A DNA stretch of 64,000 bases from Octopus vulgaris (lineage: Eukaryota): NCBI GenBank assembly GCA_951406725.2, contig OX597816.1, positions 19,778,001 to 19,842,000 on the forward strand, read 5' to 3'. The notes under the pieces were generated by a model that did not search any database, had not been told where the DNA came from, and was given only the letters and a program-made list of their open reading frames with translations. A program made the position numbers and the translations under genes. How positions within the stretch are numbered: position 1 is the stretch's first letter; each line of letters opens with the position of its first letter. Below are positions 29,014 to 44,580 of this stretch, piece by piece.

Positions 29014-31534
29014 ATTATACACTCACAAAAAATAGATATTTGTAAAAATATAAATATCGTGATATACATTTATGCATACATGCATATACATACATATACA
29101 TACATATAGATGCACATACGTACACACACAGACATACGTACATTTACATATATACATACGTAGTAATGATTTTATATTTATGACATTGTTGGACGTAGTT
29201 TAAAGAACACCATAGTTTTGGCTGTCCGATCTCAACATCAGTGTCGTAGTTTATCCATTGGATTTACTTCAGGAATTCTTTTCTATCCGTAAAGTTTTTA
29301 TAAATATTTCAGAAACAGAAAATGGAATTCACAAGACACTCTCTTCAGAACCAATACAATCGTTTCGACTCATCTTACAGCTGTACAATCAATTGTCATG
29401 CATTATAAGCGTGGAAGCGTCTCTTCAGCTGATGTTTCAAAAGAGCCTCAATTTTTACATGCTGTTTCGCTTATTTCTATAATAAATATATTGGGTAACG
29501 TAGCTTCAATATGTTTCCATTAGGAATTGAGATAGAATGAAAGATTCTTTTTTCATATGAAGAATAAAGCCATAAAATATATAAAGTATCTAAGGATAGT
29601 GAGTTTGGACATCGTCTTCCTTGAATTTGAAAGAAAAAATTCTATTGGGGGTTATGGCTTAATGTAGGTGATGACCAAAGACCTAAATGTAAGTTCTTAA
29701 GTGTGACGAAGCGGATTGTGTTCATAGTGACATAAGAACTCCAGAAATGTATAAGAGTCAAAATTTTACAACACACATACACATATACACACTTACATAT
29801 ACACACTCACATATTATAAACTAATGTTGGAAACATCTAATGTGTTTGGTATTATAAAGACAAGATATCAAATTTCGAACGCAATACAGCACTGAAAATA
29901 GGAGACAGACTGGATATTTATACTTATAAGATGGAGAATTATCATACATGAATAAACATCATACATGCATGGAGTTCCGATTTTATGCACCGAACAATGT
30001 TTTATTGTTAAGCTGACATTGTTGCTAATGTAAAAGGAAATAGAATGGTGAAACTATTTTTTTTCTTTTTCAGAAAAAAGAATCCTTTTGGACTTACGAC
30101 ACTTTTGCATAATAGCAACGATACCTAGTGACAGGGACTGTAATCGCCCAAAGACACCGGTGCAGAATTCCCTATGCTGATCGGTCAGTTTCAGCTAAAT
30201 TCGTCGCCTCATGAGTAGGGACCACTGGATTCAGCTGAAACCAGACTTAATTCTCTGTTAGTACATATGCTTTCACCATACATATCCACGGATGATTTTT
30301 TCATTTAAAATTGCAATCTTTTTAATACTTTAATTTTTAACTTTTGATTTTTTTATTTTATTTCACGTATTATTGCGATGCTTTCACTCTTATTGTATTA
30401 TTATCCTATGATTATCATTATTATTTTTATTACTTTTGAAATATTATTATATTATGTTATTAATGTTATTGATATTGAATTTGTTGACGTTGATGTTGTC
30501 ACCTTCATCATTTTTTTCTGGTATCATAGACTATTCCGCAAATTATTTTCATACTTTTTTTTCATATCTTAGTTTGCATTAATGCTAAATTTAGACATTT
30601 TAAGATTAGCTCAAATTTTAATCTCTTTTTTATTTGTCTAAAATTTAAAGCCCGTCTAATCAGGTTATTTTAAATTTACATTTAATTATCAGCTACTTCA
30701 ACTTGACATCATCCCATTTGTAACACTATCTCACAATCTATCAGTATTTATATCCTGGCTAAGAGCATTTATGACTTCTAAAATATGATTACCACTAATA
30801 TCCCTTTATTTTATAATAGAATTTCCTTACTTTGCTAGATAGCAACAAGTTTACAGCCTTAGACTAACCATGCCTATATTGGGCCCATATTAAACTCCAA
30901 CACAAGGGTGGAAAAGATTTAGCATATATACAATGCTAATATGCTGATGAAAGTTGACCTCACTACAAACACTACTGTTTTATGACTGACCATCATCCAG
31001 ATTGTAATAATACAATGCCCCTGCTTCTATTTAGTGACTCTCATACCATCCACTTCCCTCTTTCCACCCCTTTGTTATATGTCGTCTTCTGTTTGCTATT
31101 CTACTTGCATCTTCCCATCTTCCCTACCCCTTCCCCATTCACTAGCTATTCCTTCAATTCTCTGCTTGTTATGACAAAAAATGGCCCTGATGAAAGTAGC
31201 GTTAATTTTCTTAGGTCGATCAATTTTTCTCACCAGATTGATATATCAATTAAGTATAGTCATTAGTAATGTACCAATAAAGACTGCTGGAGACAGCTGT
31301 AAGCAAAATGTCCTCCCAAAAAACCTTTGTAACGAGGTTTATTTAGCAGGGTCAGCCATATGGCATGCATTTTTTAGTATAGGTATTTGTTTTAGTGTCT
31401 TTTGAAGTTCAAAATTTGTGCAGTTAGGTGGACAAATGCTTTATAAATGGCATTAGTAATAGTCCACTTGAATAAATGAAATAAAGGAATGTGCATGTTA
31501 GTTAAACTTCTTAAGCAACTTATATGCATGCGCG

Positions 31535-32030
<496 letters not shown>

Positions 32031-32616
32031 AAATTTGTACACGCATCCACACAATAGTAAAAATTATACACGTGTATTTATATATAAGCAACATATGTGT
32101 ACGAATGTTTATATCTCTGTTAGCGTGTGCTGTTAATTTCGGTCATAGGAATACAAGAGTGAGAAGTAGATGATGTGATGAATGTTTCAATTATTATATA
32201 TCATTTTATGTACATGCATATATCCTAGTCATTAAAACTTTCACAGAGATGAATCTCTCAGAATGAAAAGCTCTGAAGAAAATTGAAAACCACAAAGAAT
32301 GAGAACACAAAAATAATGTCCACCGACAAGATATTTATTGAAGGGATGAAAGAAATTGTGCACGTTGAAAGTAATACATTAAGAATGGTTTGCGCTTCCA
32401 AATACGTGATTCATTACATATGCAGAATTATAAAGACACAAATACGCATACAGTCATCAGTGTACTAGGATATATATATATATATGTATGTATATGGTGT
32501 GTATGTGCGAGTGTGTGCATGTGTATACACACAGAGAGAAAGAGTGAGCTGGATAGATAGTTAGATAGATACGTACATACTTCTACATCTATATTTTTCA
32601 AATATATATGTATATT

Positions 32617-32649
<33 letters not shown>

Positions 32650-32705
32650 CACGTACATACATACATATACATGTATACATATATATATATATATATATAT
32701 GTAAG

Positions 32706-32739
<34 letters not shown>

Positions 32740-32746
32740 CACACAC

Positions 32747-32799
<53 letters not shown>

Positions 32800-34533
32800 C
32801 ACACATACATAGGCATATATAACTTTAAATCTTTTAATCTAGACATTGTTATTTAGAAGTATAAGCCTAGAATATCGAGAATAACAAGAAATTTACGGGA
32901 ATGCACTTGTCAGAGAATTTCAAGGAAGAAATGAAAGCTTCCGTTAGTAATATCATTTTCTTCAGAGAAGGATCAAACGACATGCATGTCAAGAGGGAAT
33001 CCATTACCATATGCGTTCAATAGATATAATTCTATTCCATAAAATATCTACCAACCTTTCCAGGCATAAAAACAACTTTAACAGTTCAGTAAGAGTATTG
33101 CATCAGAGAGTCACAATACCATTTCTATATATGTGTGTATGCTATACACAACCAATATTTTTATATCTGCAAATATGTGTATCGACACACATAAGTACAC
33201 ATGCATACATACATTCATACATACATACTTACATACAAGGACACGTACATAAATTGACACATACGTATATATACATGCATACATTATATATATATATATA
33301 TATATATACGCAAGTGAAACATCGTATCTCTGCCGTAAGGCTTCATTTCCACACACGCCAGCTTAAATTAATTCGTCCTTCATCAAAAGACACCTGTTGT
33401 TATGTCATGTTATTATTTTTTTTGTATTTGTGTGACAACGTCCGTTTTTTCCGTCACTGTTTTTTTTTATACATTCGCTGCTTCCTTCCAAGGAATCTAA
33501 TACTCTGAGCTTAGTTTCTCCTTGGTGCTGGCCAGATTGGAGCAATCTCGAGTATAACCAGCCGAAATTGCAAAGATTATCTACAACTCATCTGAAGAAA
33601 GAAAACTCCGAATGACTCGTCCTTGTTTTCTTTGTATCGTCTATCTCGATGTTTTGTAGTCCTTTTTAGTATCATCTAATTGTCTGGATGTTTTGCGTTC
33701 TTGTCCGATTTTGTATTTGATATATATAAAATATTATGGAGTATATCTCCAAACTTACAGGGAAAAAAATTCAATTTAATATCAAATTTCACAATATAAA
33801 TATATAGTATAATAAAATAGAGAAAAACCACTATCATGCAATTCAAACAATCATAGACATAGACCAAATCATAAATAAGAGATAAAAAATAAAATCTTGA
33901 ATTACAATTAAATCTAATCGAAAATCAATTCAATTTAAAATTATAGTCACTCTTCAGGTTAATAATCATAACAACAATAGTTACATAAATATGCAAATAG
34001 TGTTAAACAATATTTATTAATATTTATTTGCCTACAATACATTTATTGTGTTAAATATTTACGGTAAAAAATAGAGTAAATAGAGAGAAAAATGTATTTA
34101 TCTGTGAAGATATAATTTAGCTTAATAGAAAACATTAATGAACTATAGAATATCTTTAACCTAGCTATTCTCTAATATTAATTTCAAAGTAAAAACGTAT
34201 AACTTACCGTTTATGAAATACTTATTAATTATTATTATTAAATGTAAGTGTACTAGAAATATACTAAGAACTTTTAGTTAAACTAATATATTTTTACAAT
34301 CTAAATCACAAAGTGACTAACTAATATTTTAAAATTTACGTTCAGATATAATAAATCAACAATGAAACTCAATGTATTTACATAGTTTCTATAGCCATGT
34401 CCGTAGCAGAATGATTTTAGAAAAGAATGCATACCACGTTATGACTACGATGATTGAGAGAGTAGGAGAGGAAATACTATTAGCAAATTACTATTTGTAA
34501 ATCTCATAACGAGAGATATTCAGCAGCAGTACT

Positions 34534-34709
34534 TTGGAGTAAAGATTGTTTGCCAACATAACATGGCAGTCCTGGTTTAAGACGAATGTTGCTGTAATTT
34601 AGCCCCCGGAGACATCGTCTCCAGCTGGCTATACGACACGATCTGCGTCTAAATATTTTCTAACAGGAGAATCTTGCCATGTTATGCTGGCAAACAATCT
34701 TTACTCCAA
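34534..34709. mobile_element. MITE with ~35-bp TIRs
   Basis: ttggagtaaagattgtttgccaacataacatggca ... tgccatgttatgctggcaaacaatctttactccaa. Confidence 0.8.
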
Positions 34710-35425
34710 TAAATATATCGTACGGAGTATATTCTGAGTTATATTGCGTATGCCTGTATAAACGCGTTTGTCTTTGTACGTAGAACCTTCAGTTGGCAAG
34801 ACGCTTGCAGTAAAATACATTTTACGCTTTGTTTTATGATACCTCTTTCTGCGCAAGCTTCGTCTTGTTAGCCATTGGTATTATATACTTTTCTTAATGA
34901 CAAATAAATAGCTATTCTATCTCTGAATTTCTAGCAGATGAACTATTTAAGAGTGCCATGTCTTCGCCTGCGGGTTATACATATAATGAGAAGACAATAG
35001 CTAACTACACACAAACACATAAGTATATACATACAAACATATATCTGAGCATATGAGCCCATGGGTATAGAGAGAGAAAGAAAGAGAGGGGGAGTTGATT
35101 GAGAGATAGGGAGAGAGGGAGAGAGACCGATTAAAGCAGGGAAAGAGAGAGACCCATTTCTTGAAACATATGCCATATGATTATCCATTGGCCAATGAGC
35201 GAAAGACCTGTTCTTTAAAATAAATGTTCACTTGTAAATCATTCGCATCTCACGTTGCGAATACAAAATTACATTGTTTTCCGCACCTTGTTTATTTTGA
35301 TTTCTTTTTTCTTTTTTTTCTCAAAACAGTATTATAGTAATTGTCTTTTTGAAATACATTTTTTATTTTTCAAATACTTGATTCCTCTTCTAATGCAAAT
35401 GATTCATGTAGTCGATGCTATTCAC

Positions 35426-35441
35426 GTATATATATACATAC

Positions 35442-35475
<34 letters not shown>

Positions 35476-35483
35476 ATATAAAT

Positions 35484-35570
<87 letters not shown>

Positions 35571-35593
35571 CATATATATATATACATACATAT

Positions 35594-35672
<79 letters not shown>
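35426..35672. repeat. (TA)n microsatellite
   Basis: Seen directly. Confidence 0.95.
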
Positions 35673-35677
<5 letters not shown>

Positions 35678-35699
35678 TCATACAGAAGCATACCATAAG

Positions 35700-37390
35700 G
35701 AAGGGGAGTTCTAATTTATAAAGATTAATTTCCGGGACAATTCCTCATAACTTATCGTTATTTTCGTCTCTATGCAAACAGTAATGTGTAACTTTTACAT
35801 CATATTTGAATCTTGCATTATATTTGATTTTACAAATCACATGAAAACTAGATAAACGAACAATGTATACATGCAAGTGTTCATGATACGTTTTAAGTAT
35901 AACTACGTTCAAATGAAACGTTCATTTAGATATAAAGAGTTGCAATATTTGATTGTGCTACTGGTTACTTTCGAAAATGCTTAGCAAGGGCTAATCAACA
36001 AAACGTACATCAACGGTGAGTAAACCTACGAGGAACCTGGTTATAATTTAACAGGGTTGCAGAATATATTTGAATATATTCTGAACTCGAAAAGTTTTGT
36101 ATCCATAATTCCTATTCAAAATACAGAAATCATCAAATAAACATATTTTTACTGCAAAACATTACAAGCAACCATATTATTATAAATTCTGAGATAATGT
36201 CATCTACATAATAGTCTCCCATAGACTGAAAATGGTTAGTAGGCGAAATATATTTAAGTTAAGTTAAGTTAATTTTTTGGTTTAAAAATTGATCGTTCAA
36301 AATTACAGTTCGATCCTAATATAGAATAGATAAATTAAAATATAAGTTATATAATTGTTATTTGGATCACTAAATCAAAGATATACTCCGATCTGAAGAA
36401 TTTCTGCTTGGTGGTATCAGGGTGATAACTTCAAATGACTTGGTTGAATTGTATTTAGAAAACTACATATAAAAGACTTATGTGAACTATTGTTGAAGTT
36501 TCTTCAAACTCATACTCCAAACTATTTCTTCAGGTTTAGGCACATTTTATCTCCACCGTATATATAAGAACCCATTTCGATCAAATTTTTCTGAACTTGG
36601 TTTCTTGATGAATGAACGTATTTTAAAACTATAAATACTACTGATGAGTACGATGCATGAATGATAGGAAATAATTTCATAAATTCCTCAAAAACTGAAT
36701 TGAGTTGAGGGTATAGAAAAACAAGACAAACTATGCATATGTTTAATTTTATATAGAGTATTGACTCTAACGTTTGCCATGTTTTTCCTCACACTCTTCA
36801 ATCATTTTGAAAGGGAAAAAATATTTTTTTGAAATTTGATGCAGTGTTTTATGAACAAAAAGAAACCTTCAAAATTTAATTTCTATACTTCCATCATTTA
36901 TACTTAAGTGCCAATATGTAAATTCAAGCTGGAAAATATTGAAATAGTACTAAAAAGTGGATGATAGCTGCCTTTGGACTACTTCACTAAAACTTGTTTA
37001 GTGTATTTTTACCAAGAAGAGCACGTTTAGGTTTTTTACACATAAAGCATTTCAGGAAATTGTTGTAATATTAAATTAGTTCCTGATGTTGCTTTTCATG
37101 AATTTGTGTTCGATATGCCTTGGAAAACAAGGAAGGACTTACATGTCACAGTGAATATTAAAAATCAAATTACTGTTCTTTGTGAAGCAAGCACACCCAA
37201 TCAGAAATGAAAGCATTATTGAAAATTTGACCTTAATTGTCTTACAGAAAAACTTTCCAGAATACTGGTTCTATTGTTAAAGAAGTAACAATCCACAAGC
37301 ATCGCAGACAAGTGAATTCTTGTAGAAATGAAAATCAAACAGGCTGGAAACTTAGAAGGATGTTATATGTAATTTTTATAATCTATTGCC
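35700..37390 (+). pseudogene. SACS: Paralogous sacsin-like fragment C (repeats the protein region already covered at 28.1-30.1 kb)
   Basis: ~35930 YKELQYFDCATGYFR (LKSLPCYKSISGRYV); ~36400 EFLLGGIRVITSNDL...IKDLCELLLKFL (WVEFLRNIGLKY...LQNTVDILLHHI); ~36970 LWTTS...FLPRRA (LWTSCPILPEKA); ~37212 SIIENLTLI (KVINNCRNI). Confidence 0.5.
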
Positions 37391-38559
37391 TGCTCTGATC
37401 TGTGAAATTATGTAGCTAGGTGTTATGTCACAGGTAATAATATAGAAGTTTTAAGGTTAATACAGATATCAATGTATATATATATAAATACATATGTTTT
37501 ATTTCAAAACAAATACATATAAACGTAATTGTGGCCATTAGGATATGTTAAGTGCCTGTTCATGCAATGAAAATATAAAAAAGTATGAAAGTGAAAATAA
37601 AAGCTTGGGGTAAAGAGAAAAAACCTGAAGTTTCGATAGAGAAGTAACTATGTTTAAAATTATTTGTAAGCTGAGATATCATTGCTATATTATGGGGTCT
37701 TAAATGACATTCTTCTTGTCGAGGTATACAGCACTCTTGTGAGAATGTGTATATATCCGCCTGAGGGAAAGAATCGATTGGAAATGAGGATGCGGAAACT
37801 CTGGTAAGACGATCGCAATAAAAATAGAAAGGTTGGGCATGCACAACAAATTGTAGAATATTGCCGACGCATACAAATCACGAGTTTGTTTCCCACATAG
37901 GATAAGATCACTGGCAGAAGGGCAGCCCATAACTTATTTTATAAAAAGTGTTTCTTAAATAAACTACTTCGAAGGCCACATTTGCACAAGTATTACTGGT
38001 CAAAATACCTGCGTTACATAAACTTAGAAATTAAGTAACCTAGGCACAGTACTGCTTCAAGTAGAAGCATTCAGTTCAGTAGATGCTTTATTGGTAGCGA
38101 AAGTAAATCAAGCCTAATTATATTCATTTCTATCCATTCGTCCATTTTCTCTGCCCACTATTCTTAAAAGCGTCGTTGGGGTAGAGTCCTTAGACACCAC
38201 TTTCAAATGTTCCTATCAGATGTAAGTCATAGTTTCTTACTGGATTCCTAAGTTTGATCAACAACTGACAGTAAAAATATTGCGGGGTGAAAGCGCTAAG
38301 CAGTGATAAGTAAAATTTGCTGTTATTACCAATTCGAATATACCAAAAGCACGTTCGGATTTGTAAACATGCTATTCACTGTGTTTTGTCACGAAAAGCA
38401 ATTTGTTGCTGTAGACATTTAATGTAAATACACCCAAATCAGCTCGCTGCGCCACGAATCTAGACTGTGAGACGCAAGCGTTTCGAAGTATTTTCTCCTC
38501 TTCAATTTCGAAAAGTGGACGGTGGTGCCGCATGCTGATAAGAGAAAAACCTACTCTTA

Positions 38560-38880
38560 TGCTTTTTTCCTGTCAACATATGTCGGCTGGTAGCGCATAT
38601 TCGAACTGCTAATAATATTGCACTACGAATGCTCTCGAAATTTCCCTTTCTTGACCGACTTCTTGTGTTCCGGCCGGTTGGCTCGATTAGAGGAATCTTT
38701 CTTGCGATCCCTTCTTGTGACACTCTAATCACATGTCTGTTGTTAACCGCATCCTCTCAAAGCGGAGGAATAGCGGCTGGACTTGTACTGACTTCCTTAT
38801 CTCCGTGTTATTTTCCATCCCACTAATCTTACGACAGAAATCCTTTGGAAGAACCCTCTTTCGGGCGCTCACTACATTCC
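38560..38880 (-). mobile_element. RTE LINE 3' fragment
   Basis: HVIRVSQEGIARKI..EPTGRNTRSRSR matches the RTE C-terminal GHV.R...P.G.R.RGRP motif. Confidence 0.6.
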
Positions 38881-38995
38881 CTTCTCTTTATTCATCCATG
38901 TATGTATAAGTGTATTTTTTATGTGTATCATCTATGTTATGTCGCAATACTACACAGTGGCTTTGTGAGCTACGAAATCCTTGTCACCACTGTTA

Positions 38996-39150
38996 TGTTG
39001 CAGGTTCGGATGCCTTCTACTCAACTCCTCTCCAGTCTCCTCCGTCTAGCCTTCTCCCTCTATATCTATGTATTGGGCTAGCCTACTTCATCGTCTGGGG
39101 GCGTTCACACATCAATCTAATATATCAAATTTTCTGTCCAGTCAAATCAT
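38996..39150 (+). repeat. Partial copy of the 48068-48444 repeat
   Basis: Direct sequence similarity, opposite orientation. Confidence 0.7.
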
Positions 39151-40255
39151 GAAATGCCAGATCTACATGTTACACGTTATATACATGCAGAATATTTTAG
39201 TTTAGCCTTGTTTTTACTTCCTATATCATATTGCTTTTTGAATTTATTATCCGTCAGGTCAATATAATATTAAATATATAAATTTTCTGTTAGACAGTTT
39301 ATCCACAACAGAATAAATGATTTTGATTCACGAGTATCCATTACTTTGATATATTCAAGGATTTAGTTACATTTCAGTCGAGGATATGTTTTAATCCGTT
39401 ATTCTAAAACAAACAATGTATATTTTATATGCTCTTCGCATATATTACTTTTTTCTTGTTTTGCCTTGACTTTTTTCATAATTCCCTTCTTACACAGCAA
39501 GTACTACTGCTTCATTTTATTTTGTTATTCCTTAGTAAATTCTTACCGTTCTCCGTTTGAAAATTCTGGAATAACGCGTTATTTTTTTTAGCTATTTCAA
39601 CAGTTCCTCCCAGTCATACTTTCGATCATGCTGGCAATCTATTGAAGGCTGGTATTTATTGAATTCTTAAGTAACCATGCAGCTACATAGCATAATATGC
39701 ATCATTATTAACAATTATTGCGGTATTAATTATTCCAGCAATGTTCATAAATTATTACTTGTGATATATTTAACTGCCATCATACACATTTCCAACTAAT
39801 GATATGTGAGATATATGAAAACCGTACTCATATATCATAATTAATTTGAAGCGTCGTACATAGATATTACCTTAACCACTTTTCCTTTACTTTATAATTA
39901 CTAGGTTCTAAGCGTGATGTATAAATACCACATATGTAGGGTATAAATCAACTGGATATTATTAGCATGGAAATCATCCACGCATAAGCTTGTGAAATCA
40001 TTTAATCCATAATACTATATGTGCTCAAGATTAGATATACCAAAAGCTAGATGGAACGTTCATTTGTCGGTGCTGTAGAATATTGAAGAGTAGTGAAAAT
40101 ATATATTTTAAACGCATACGAATTCAGTTGCATATTATAAACATAATGTAGCCTTCAGTGTGCTGTTTATGTTACGATTTCAGTAGAGTATATACTAAAA
40201 TATATGTTTTATGCCCGCTGACCTAGAGTATCAAACATTTATATTTTTAGTGATT

Positions 40256-40696
40256 TACTAGCAGCATAGTCCAGCGTTGCCCGGGTATGTAAGAGCCCCT
40301 AGTAGGCAACGACTAATCCCAATCTAGTCCTTTCTCCCTAGGGAACGAAGGCGCATGTGTAGGTTGCAATGTCTTCTCTTCACTCGAATACTTCTGTGTA
40401 CACGATGTTCCTAGCTGTCCCTTTGGGCGATAAAAAGGTCAAGTTGTGTCCCCTAGACAGAAAATTTGTTGCATATAGAAAGCTTGGATTCTCGACCCCA
40501 TGTCGAATTTATCGATTGTTTTCAGAACTGGGGGAACTTTTCAAAATTTTCGCTGCGTTAGTTTTGAATTATGACATTGGGCTATGTGTGTGTCAAGTTT
40601 CATCAGAATCGGTTGAAAGCCGTGATCAGGATGATGGTACAACCTGACAGACACACAGACACACAGACAGACAAACTACCGTTTATATATAGAGAT
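40256..40696 (+). mobile_element. Helentron/HINE non-autonomous element, same family as 6311-6667
   Basis: TACTAGC..CCAGCGTTGCCCGGG start; shared ttctcgaccccatgtcgaatttatcg...acagacaaact.ccgtttatata end. Confidence 0.7.
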
Positions 40697-42676
40697 ATAA
40701 ACTTAGTTTTCTCCTTCTCACACGATTTCCAAATTCAAACGTGTTATCTCTTATTTTTAAATTATAAAACAGCGGCAAGAATTTCTTTCTGAAAACATTC
40801 TACTGTATTCTCTTAAATAGGGAAACAGAGTATTCATCTCTCTCTGACTGTTAATACAAATAAATCTAATAACCTGACTTATACTACATATGTTTAGGAC
40901 TGGACATCGAAATGTTCTTGATATTAATGTTAAGGTGAAGATTTATGTAATAGAATATATAGTGTATCTTCCGATGTGATTTCACTGCTCGAAGTGCTTT
41001 TAGTAGTAGGTGTTACAGTATGATGGATCCTGTAAATTTTAATTTTATTTTTATTATGAAAGATGTTCGTTTACAAACATCAGTTTGTATTACATAATCA
41101 AGGATTGCGATGTCATATGAATTAATTACTACTACTTTCTGTAAATAATTATGAACTCTTGGATAAATGAAATTTGTTTAACAGATAATACACGGTTTCA
41201 TCAAGAGAAATTTAAAATCGACCTTTCAGAGCATGCTTTCTCACAGACTGTATAAATTTTAAACTATCTAGTATATACATTTTCATTGGGTAATGTTGGA
41301 TTGATTCAATGTGACCACATCCTCTGAAAACTTGTTTTCATAAGAAAATTTCATGAGCGAAAATTTACTGATATCAGGGAGTTTTATAAAGTCTCGTTGA
41401 TAAAGTACCATATGTTCAATGCGTGGGTACGGAGACTTTACATACAACTAAGAAATTTAACTCAACAATTGTTGAATTTAATTTATGATTTTAGAAATAA
41501 AAAAAATACGCGATTCTAATGAAAAACATAAGTGTTACGTAGTATACAATAGCTACAAAGAACCACGTATTTTGCTACAGTATATAAAACTCTCCTTACA
41601 GAATAAGGATACTCCGTAGACAAATGTTGACCGGCATATATAATATCTACGGTTCTATGTGTGTGTATGTATATATGTTTATATGTTTATATATATATAT
41701 ATTTATTCCAATATAATAGTATTATTTTCCAGCAAAATAAAGCACCGTTAAGGTAGAATCATAAATAGGAAATAGTGGTACAATAAGGCACCAATGCTTG
41801 CTGGAAAAAGCAGTTGATAACCGTACGTCGCTATGTAAAACTTCACAGAATGTATAGAGGTAAATATGTGTGCGGCCGGCGAAAATATTTTTCGTCTTTC
41901 CTCTAAGAAGAACGCCGGAAATGGGCAAACTAGTACTCCAGTTTTGGCCTTTGCAGAATACGCTTGTAAATCTGGTTAGTCCTCTTCATGTAGGTTCACC
42001 TGAGACGAAATTTAAAATAACTGCCACATGAATGCGTGAATGTGTATGAGTGTGTTACACTAACACTGTCGCTCATAACTTCACTCTCTCTATCTCTTTC
42101 TCTCCTGAGTCAATTAGGTAAACATTGCACTTGCCTACAATTCAAAAGAAATGAGGAACTTTTCATTGAAATTCTGTTCAAACACTGAAAATGTGAAACG
42201 TTATAATGCTGTACTGAATATCCTCCGATATCCAGTTATTCTAAATTGATATCTAAATAAATATCCTCCTTGTCTTCATCATAATGTATCCTTTCAGAAT
42301 TTATAAAACAACCATTCATGCTCGTTACAGTTAATTGAATATCGATATAGATGATAATTTGTTTGTTGTGATAATACGAAAAAAAAAAAAAACAAACAAA
42401 AGATCTTCCTTCAAATTTCCGTATTTTCAAACAATTTCAAAAAATTACATAACGGGCCTTAAGTGATTCATAAAATATTTTACGATTATTCCAAAACAGA
42501 AGCATGTAGTAAATGCATGCCTTTTCCCTTTCTTCTCACTAGGAAACATTTAAGAGTATTGATATAAATATGATAACAGCATTTTATTCACACAATGTGT
42601 TATAATACCTAGGATGCACGAGTGGCAATAAAATGATCGTATAAAACTGAACTGGAAAATCTTTTAATTAGGTTGT

Positions 42677-42738
<62 letters not shown>

Positions 42739-44484
42739 CATATATGTATATATATATATATATAAAATACATATATATATATGTATATATATATATTTAT
42801 ATATATATATGTGTGTGTGTGTGTATGTATACACACACACTACACGCGCATATATGCATTGAGAGAGAAGCTGTGAGAAAAATACATTTATATGTTTATG
42901 CGTAGATAATTGAGAAAACTCCATGTATTTTATGCTTGTCATTATCTGAAGTTAAATATTTATTAACGTGTCGATATTTTGCATTTTTGTTGAATAATTA
43001 ATAATTTTATAATGATAAAACTATGAACACTTCATTTAGTGCTTAGAAAATCCTTACTAAATTTATCAAGTATATTCTATAATACTTCAATAAAATTGAA
43101 AAATTATTAACTTTAAGAAATTCATTGTGCTATGGATGAAACTATACTGAATCGTGTTTATAAACCAATCTTTATGCCATAGTGCATCGCAATAGGAAAT
43201 ATGGTATTTTTCAATTGTGTGTTTCATGAAAAATAAAAAAAAAACACATTAGAATACAACCTGCTTGATTAAATGAATTCTTCTAATTAATTTCAATATG
43301 CAATGCTATTATGAATTGTTCGTTGTAAGAATACATTTAGCAGATAATTTATTCACTCATGAATAAAATATTTTATGCGGAATTCGACATAAATTGAAAA
43401 TACACTGGTGAGGACAACATCTTCGATAAATATAATCAACTCAATTTGATTAGTATTTCCTACAAATGAAACCGTTCCATTTTATAAATATTTATAACGC
43501 AGGTCAGGAAAATCGTGTATAACAGGTACTGTATAATATTTTGTCAAGTCAATTATACTTACAAACATATATTCTTACATACATTTAGAAGAGACATTCA
43601 AATATGCACCAGGATTTAGACACATCTAGACAACTGTCAAATATACATTTATTTATTTTCTATAGAAGCGTTATTTATATTCGACAGAAAAATAGCATAT
43701 TACTCTGGTTTTGAGTATGGATAACTAAATAATTTTCATTATACATTACGTATTGTAACATTGATTTTTTTTCACATTCGGGATACCAAAAAAAGCACTT
43801 AGAGATCAAACTGAAAAATACTATATAAAATTCCCAATAAGAAAATATATCAAAATTGTATAATTATCAACGAAAACGAAGTAACATGAAAATATTTATA
43901 GTATTCAACGGTAACAGATAAAGATTTAGAAATGGAATAACTTCGGGTGACACCTTCCAACAGTCTAAATTCAATATGTTGTATACTCGTGCCAATATTT
44001 CACACACCTGTTCGTTTAAATGCTTTTTTATGTCATGTAATTATTTGTACGGTATAAGATCAAAGGGATTCTAGGTCGAGTAACTGAATTTGAAAGTTTT
44101 GCTGTCGTTGTTCCGTTGTAGCGTTTACTCTTCTTTGCTGAGGAGCGTTTTGCTTTCCAGTTGAATTGTTTTCCTTCCTGTTACTGATAATATTTTCCCT
44201 ATCCGATTTCCATTACATCCAAATTTTGAATGATCACAAGCCATTATTATTCGTTGGTGAATGGGAATGATATAAACTATTTGTTGCTGAGATAGATTTT
44301 GGGAAATATTTTCCGATAACTTATATGGGGATCCCAATGGTTTCCTACATCACAGATGATAGTAGTACTTTCCACAATTCTGTTAATCCACATTTTATAA
44401 ATTTCATTTAAAAGTTACTGCAAACAAGATAGAGTTTCTCGTTTTTCCTTTTTATCTGAGTGGTGAATATCATTATCATCGTTA

Positions 44485-44495
44485 TTGTTGTTGTT

Positions 44496-44562
<67 letters not shown>

Positions 44563-44580
44563 GTGTTGTTGTTGTGGTTG
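44485..44580. repeat. (TAG)n/(TTG)n microsatellite
   Basis: Seen directly. Confidence 0.95.

Noticed and set aside
33940-33965. Hammerhead ribozyme
   Set aside because: Only the CUGAAGA half remains; the GAAA/stem III half is missing.
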